Both the position numbers and the translations under genes were made by a program. Shown piece by piece: positions 59,853-64,000 of a stretch of DNA of 64,000 bases. How positions within the stretch are numbered: position 1 is the first letter of the stretch; the number at the start of each line of letters is the position of its first letter. Where the stretch lies: the IMG/VR virus record IMGVR_UViG_3300037067_001255, positions 1 to 64,000 of that record. The stretch is one strand, 5' to 3'. Under the pieces are notes generated by a model. The model did not search any database, was not told where the DNA came from, and saw only the letters and a program-made list of their open reading frames with translations. The stretch comes from a virus. Taxonomy: Duplodnaviria; Caudoviricetes.

Positions 59853-60077
59853 ATGTTATTTTCTAGGTATGATCGTGGTCCTGCTACTATTAGAAGTAAT
59901 CTTGATAATACTGTGGGAAGTATAATCAATATAGAGGCACAAGTTCTGGGGAAGAAGGTTGTAAAGGGAAAGGTAGTACCGGCAGATCAACGAGGAGATG
60001 TGTGGCCTAACAAGGATACTGAATGCGCTAGAATAGAAAGAAAAGCTTTTTTGCAACCTAAGACATTTATGGTGTAA
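59853..60077 (+). CDS. Small protein with GDVWPN tag (3/5)
   Basis: GDVWPNKDTECARIERKAFLQPKTFMV. Confidence 0.7.
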   Translation: MLFSRYDRGPATIRSNLDNTVGSIINIEAQVLGKKVVKGKVVPADQRGDVWPNKDTECARIERKAFLQPKTFMV

Positions 60078-60079
60078 TA

Positions 60080-60490
60080 ATGAAATTCAAACCCACATCA
60101 TTTGATGATAAGATATATGATGAAATGAAAGGAATATCAGAGGACTTCTTTGATAGTCTTGGAGATCGTCATATTATTCAGTGGGAGAAGGCACAGGCAA
60201 AAGGTAAGAAGGGGACTTATCAAAGATATGATCCAGTAGAAGCTAAGATGTTTATTCGGTGTGTAGCCGATGCTATGAAATCTCAGCTTCTACTAGGAAT
60301 AGTTATTAAGGGGGACTTTGTGGGGGTAGCAAAAAGAGATGATGATGTAGACTTTACAATGGGAGACCTGATAACAGATCACGAAGGAAATGTATATGAG
60401 ATAAATAAGAGAGATATTCAAGGCGGGGGAATATATACGGTGGTAGACTTAAGTAGAGTTAGAGATGGTGATATTGGTGATTTACCATGA
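60080..60490 (+). CDS. Probable head-closure protein
   Basis: GDLI....G..YEI motif; neck position. Confidence 0.5.
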   Translation: MKFKPTSFDDKIYDEMKGISEDFFDSLGDRHIIQWEKAQAKGKKGTYQRYDPVEAKMFIRCVADAMKSQLLLGIVIKGDFVGVAKRDDDVDFTMGDLITDHEGNVYEINKRDIQGGGIYTVVDLSRVRDGDIGDLP

Positions 60491-60813
60491 GAATGGTACT
60501 AAAAGATAAAAAAGATACAACAAAGAAAGATTGGTTGGATTATCAAAAGAGGTGGGGTGATAAGTATGCCAGAGACATGAAGCAGCATCTATTAGATAAA
60601 TCAAGAAAAGGAATAGGTAAAGCACCATTAGTGCAAACATCTAATACAGTAAGGTCTGGCGGAAGAGTAGTAGAGATTGTTGCAGAGGGTAAAGCAGCGG
60701 ATGTACTAGCTAATGAGAAAGCATTAAGTAGACAATTAAAGATAGGATTAGACTTACCAGAGAATCTTCCGTTGGGGCAGTATTTAGATAAGGTAAGGAA
60801 GAAGTCAGAATGA
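60487..60813 (+). CDS. Probable neck protein
   Basis: Basic; PLVQT; between head closure and tail terminator. Confidence 0.4.
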   Translation: MRMVLKDKKDTTKKDWLDYQKRWGDKYARDMKQHLLDKSRKGIGKAPLVQTSNTVRSGGRVVEIVAEGKAADVLANEKALSRQLKIGLDLPENLPLGQYLDKVRKKSE

Positions 60814-61355
60814 CAGTACCAAGAGAGTTTTATGACAAAGAAGTAAATGATGGCATACTTGATCTAATGTATGCCGACCTTGGTACTGAGTTTGAATTGG
60901 ATTCTTCGGAACCAATTTATTATGGACTTCCTGATTATGTTTCCAATTGGCCTTGTTTAATTAGTGTTCCTGCGGATACGGAAGTAAGAGCCGTAGAAAG
61001 TCCATATATTTCAGATCAAGAGATACAGCACAAGATTGTATATCTTTTTCAAGCAAAGCGGGCTACACAGTCAACATACACAGAAGACCCTTCTTTAACG
61101 GCAAAAGCATGGATAGCAAGGATGTTAGACTGGCTTGCTTATGCAACTGTTAATGATAGGTTTCCTCTAAGAGTTCCAGTAAATCCAAGCACCTCTGATA
61201 ATTGGCTAGTACACTTTTATGGAAGACCTTGGGTGGGTAGAGTAGAGGGAGAATACCAATCTTCTATTAGAGAGTTCAAAGAAGAAGAGAACTTGTTCGC
61301 TCCTCAAATAGAGTTTACAACGGTGTGTCGTATCCCGTTTAGGCAATTAGTTTAG
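60810..61355 (+). CDS. Probable tail terminator/completion protein
   Basis: Acidic; WPCL.S motif; position. Confidence 0.5.
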   Translation: MTVPREFYDKEVNDGILDLMYADLGTEFELDSSEPIYYGLPDYVSNWPCLISVPADTEVRAVESPYISDQEIQHKIVYLFQAKRATQSTYTEDPSLTAKAWIARMLDWLAYATVNDRFPLRVPVNPSTSDNWLVHFYGRPWVGRVEGEYQSSIREFKEEENLFAPQIEFTTVCRIPFRQLV

Positions 61356-61395
61356 CTGGTTATAAATCATTTATAATGGAGAGGAGGAATTAGAT

Positions 61396-61893
61396 ATGTC
61401 AGCAAGATCAGTTAGAGAACAAAAAATACAAGATGCGAGGCAGGCTAGAATAGATGCCTCTGTTAATAGAGGAAAAGAGTTTAGAGATAAGCTTGTGCAG
61501 AGACAAAATACTAGAGAAAGAGTAATGCAGAATATTGGAAAGAGCAGGGAGTCTAGTGGTAGGGCAGCTAGTGGAATTGGAAAGTTGGCTGAAACAGAGG
61601 CTAGAATGAGACCTTCTGCTCCAGTATCTGCACCAACCGTTGCCGCTAATCCGGCTACTGGTGTAGCGTCAAAAGGAATGTCTAGGGTAGGTAAGATTGG
61701 TGTAGCTGCGGGGGCAATAGGTGTAGCTGCATTAGGAGTAAGAGCACTTAGAAATAGAGGACAGAGAAGAATGGAATCACAGGGTCCTCCACCTACTCAA
61801 TACTACCAGCGTGGGGATGTGTGGCCCAATCAAGACCCTGAATGTGGAAGAATAGAATACAAAGCATTCAACAATCCAAAACAGTTTGTGTGA
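61396..61893 (+). CDS. Basic protein with GDVWPN tag (4/5)
   Basis: GPPPTQYYQRGDVWPNQDPECGRIEYKAFNNPKQFV. Confidence 0.75.
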   Translation: MSARSVREQKIQDARQARIDASVNRGKEFRDKLVQRQNTRERVMQNIGKSRESSGRAASGIGKLAETEARMRPSAPVSAPTVAANPATGVASKGMSRVGKIGVAAGAIGVAALGVRALRNRGQRRMESQGPPPTQYYQRGDVWPNQDPECGRIEYKAFNNPKQFV

Positions 61894-61898
61894 TTATA

Positions 61899-62186
61899 AT
61901 GAGAGTAATAGGAAGTGGTAGGTCAAATGCTCGATTAGGTGCTAAAAACTTTAGTACGGTGGTTGGTATTAGTAGGCCGGGGTTTGGTGTTGGTCACTCA
62001 CCAAAACCTACTGTCTTAGAGAGACGAGGGGCGGGGGCACTTAAGGTATTTCATAACAGAGGGCCTTATGGATCAGGAAGACTAAACAAGTTTACTGGTG
62101 GTGATATCTGGCCCAACAAAGACGAAGAATGTAGAAGAATAGAGTACAAAGCCTTTACAAATCCTAAGATGTTTGGAGGTGCCTAA
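61899..62186 (+). CDS. Basic Gly/Arg-rich protein with GDIWPN tag (5/5)
   Basis: GDIWPNKDEECRRIEYKAFTNPKMFGGA. Confidence 0.7.
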   Translation: MRVIGSGRSNARLGAKNFSTVVGISRPGFGVGHSPKPTVLERRGAGALKVFHNRGPYGSGRLNKFTGGDIWPNKDEECRRIEYKAFTNPKMFGGA

Positions 62187-62187
62187 A

Positions 62188-63348
62188 ATGAGTGATATTA
62201 GTAATACTCTTTTGCTTGGTTCAATAGATAGGGAAACTGCTACAGCTAAGGCAATCAAAGCTGCAGTAGCACAGACCGAAGATATGTATACAATGGTTAC
62301 AAGAGAAGATAATCCTGGTGACTTGACAGGAACAATTAACGGAGCAGTTTCTGCGGCTAACTGTGATGCAAAGGTACAAGGATGCACAGCACTTTACAAT
62401 TTGTTTGCTGATTGGGTAAGTTTCCTGAACACTCGTGCGATAGATGCGACAAGTACGGGTATTGAAGATTTGCTGGCAGATAGGTACTTGAGGGTTCCAA
62501 AAAGTTGGTGTGATTACTGTATTGCAGATACAGCTTATGATGGGGCAAGGTTGTTCCCGGATACGGATGTGTCCTTAGGTACGTTTTTGTATGGTGGAGA
62601 TTTTGTAGCAGGAAGCAATCTTTCTACAGATGTTGATTATTGTTGGGGTGTAATTGAAGTAGGTACTGGTGGAATTGGTGGAGTAGATTGGGTATTAGCC
62701 GTAGATGTTACTTATGCAGATGATACTGTCGGTACAGAAGCAGTGACCATAACTAACGGTAGTCTTGCAGGGGTTCAGTTTGATATTGGAGCGAATCTTC
62801 CTAATGCAGTAGCAAAGGCAGGACAAACGGAAATAGGAATTGCAGCCACGGCAGGGTTTGTGGCGGGGCAATATGTGTTGGTGGTTGACGATCAGTATCC
62901 GGCACTGCTAACTGCCAATGCTTCCTCGGCGCAGAAGATTATCTATGTTGATCCAACTCAGATCGGGGGCTTCAGAACAGGAGACCCTGTAACTGTTAGA
63001 GATGGATCAGCTAATGAGAATCTAACGATTGAAGATATTGACTATGAACTTGGTAAGATTACTATGACAACTGCTCTCGGTAATTCGTATACAACCGGGG
63101 CTAGCGCCTTTGTATATCTTCAAGCGCCAATTTCTGGTAGAGAAGGTTGGCAGGAATGTCATGCCGTTGCTAGTGTAACTACTAATACGAAGATTGTACT
63201 TACTGGAAATCTTCAGCATACTTACTATACTGGTGCTAAGGTTATTCGTATGATTAAGGATGTTACAGATATTGATACTACCTCTGGTGGGGCTTCGGCG
63301 GAAGATGTAATTGCGAAAAGTAAGTCAGAACGAACTCTCACACAATAG
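62188..63348 (+). CDS. Virion structural protein
   Basis: Repeated A..G.T.I......GF..G..V.I beta modules. Confidence 0.6.
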   Translation: MSDISNTLLLGSIDRETATAKAIKAAVAQTEDMYTMVTREDNPGDLTGTINGAVSAANCDAKVQGCTALYNLFADWVSFLNTRAIDATSTGIEDLLADRYLRVPKSWCDYCIADTAYDGARLFPDTDVSLGTFLYGGDFVAGSNLSTDVDYCWGVIEVGTGGIGGVDWVLAVDVTYADDTVGTEAVTITNGSLAGVQFDIGANLPNAVAKAGQTEIGIAATAGFVAGQYVLVVDDQYPALLTANASSAQKIIYVDPTQIGGFRTGDPVTVRDGSANENLTIEDIDYELGKITMTTALGNSYTTGASAFVYLQAPISGREGWQECHAVASVTTNTKIVLTGNLQHTYYTGAKVIRMIKDVTDIDTTSGGASAEDVIAKSKSERTLTQ

Positions 63349-63378
63349 TATAAATCATTTATAGGAGGTGAATTGATT

Positions 63379-64000
63379 ATGCCTTTTGGATTAACGTGGC
63401 AAAACTGGGTGGGGTTTACACTAGAGACCGGAGATAACATTGCCTATAAGGCTACTGGTGCTGCTGGTGTGGGAGAAACCTCTCCTACAGTATTTCTTCC
63501 TTTGGCCGGGGCAGAGAGTATTAAAAGAAATCCTAATACGATGTTCTCCCCGTCTATTGAGTCCCTTCTTCATCCAATGAGAACCTCAAAGGGTGCAGAG
63601 ATTGTGACTGGGAGTATTCCAGTAGGAATTCCTGTGGGGCTGTTTAGTGGAGACTTTATGGACTGGGCTATTGGAACTACTGGTGCATTTACATTTGCAG
63701 GTGACTACTATCAACTTCCTTCAGCTACGTTGTGGGTAGCTGTTTCTAATCAAACGGGTTTTGTTAAAGTTAAAAAAGTAACTGGGGCTAAGGTATCAAA
63801 AGTAACAATCGAAAGTGCAGCAGGAAGTAACTGGGTAAATATGACACTGGACATTGTAGGAAGAGACATGGCGTTAGATACTAATGCTATTTCTCTCTCT
63901 ACTATTCTAACAAGTATCTACGGCTCAGAGGCTTTGGCAACTGTACCTGAGTATCGTCATTTAGATAGTAGATTTTATTCTACTGCAGCAACTGGTGCTT
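63379..64000 (+). CDS. Probable tail tube/major tail protein (3'-truncated)
   Basis: GGAGGTG RBS; open to window end; G...ET..., V.GSI, LPS.T, G.KV....I pattern. Confidence 0.6.
   Translation, partial: MPFGLTWQNWVGFTLETGDNIAYKATGAAGVGETSPTVFLPLAGAESIKRNPNTMFSPSIESLLHPMRTSKGAEIVTGSIPVGIPVGLFSGDFMDWAIGTTGAFTFAGDYYQLPSATLWVAVSNQTGFVKVKKVTGAKVSKVTIESAAGSNWVNMTLDIVGRDMALDTNAISLSTILTSIYGSEALATVPEYRHLDSRFYSTAATGA

Larger units (their letters stand above)
1536..63363. repeat. Dispersed 15-bp palindrome TATAAAT(C/G)ATTTATA, 34 exact and about 11 near copies
   Basis: Exact starts: 1536, 2357, 3430, 3793, 3815, 4148, 4427, 4683, 4998, 5019, 5356, 11402, 12621, 13802, 17881, 20808, 21688, 25810, 28007, 31928, 37299, 40131, 40215, 42508, 46081, 47897, 49511, 51601, 53798, 56271, 56379, 59052, 61361, 63349. 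One mismatch: 8401, 15637, 19969, 23334, 30096, 35755, 44812, 53099. Two mismatches: 7238, 7276, 56163. Confidence 0.97.

Noticed and set aside
58737-62186. GDVWPN repeats as DGR template/variable repeats
   Set aside because: No reverse transcriptase in the window; differences are not adenine-specific and all copies are coding C-termini
1536-63363. The 15-mer as a promoter -10/TATA box or terminator
   Set aside because: It is symmetric, has no consistent -35 or distance to starts, occurs mid-gene, and an all-AT stem is too weak for termination; separate consensus promoters exist
1-64000. Prophage with integrase/att sites or host flanks
   Set aside because: No integrase, transposase or host housekeeping synteny seen; the whole window looks phage-derived, and lifestyle cannot be determined

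Overview
A 64-kb stretch of a large tailed dsDNA phage (Caudoviricetes-like). Essentially all genes are on the + strand and read in standard code 11. Layout: 1-5.3 kb accessory genes (DHH phosphoesterase, MT-A70 methyltransferase, XRE regulator). 5.3-6.0 kb non-coding structured gap. 6-20.8 kb small early-type genes, two tRNAs, DUF932, a ParB-family protein and a Zn deaminase. 21-40 kb replication/recombination genes (HTH initiator with internal iterons, DnaB, DnaG, RNase H, SNF2, SSB, tRNA-Arg, PolA, RecA, resolvase, UDG, Cas4-like nuclease, SpoVS). 40-64 kb packaging, head, lysis and neck/tail genes, with a GC-rich beta-helix cassette. The strongest unexplained signal is the 15-bp palindrome TATAAAT(C/G)ATTTATA. 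By eye I count 34 exact copies and about 11 near copies, roughly every 1-3 kb, including inside conserved genes. One copy lies in the leader of a ParA-less ParB protein and three bracket the XRE gene, suggesting a genome-wide clamp-loading or operator lattice. Other signals: a 26-28 aa C-terminal tag shared by five small proteins in the structural module, two tRNAs with C33 in place of the near-invariant U33, oriented REP-like hairpin elements, and a 135-bp inverted repeat with four GTA mini-hairpins. All counts and family calls come from manual reading, not searches.
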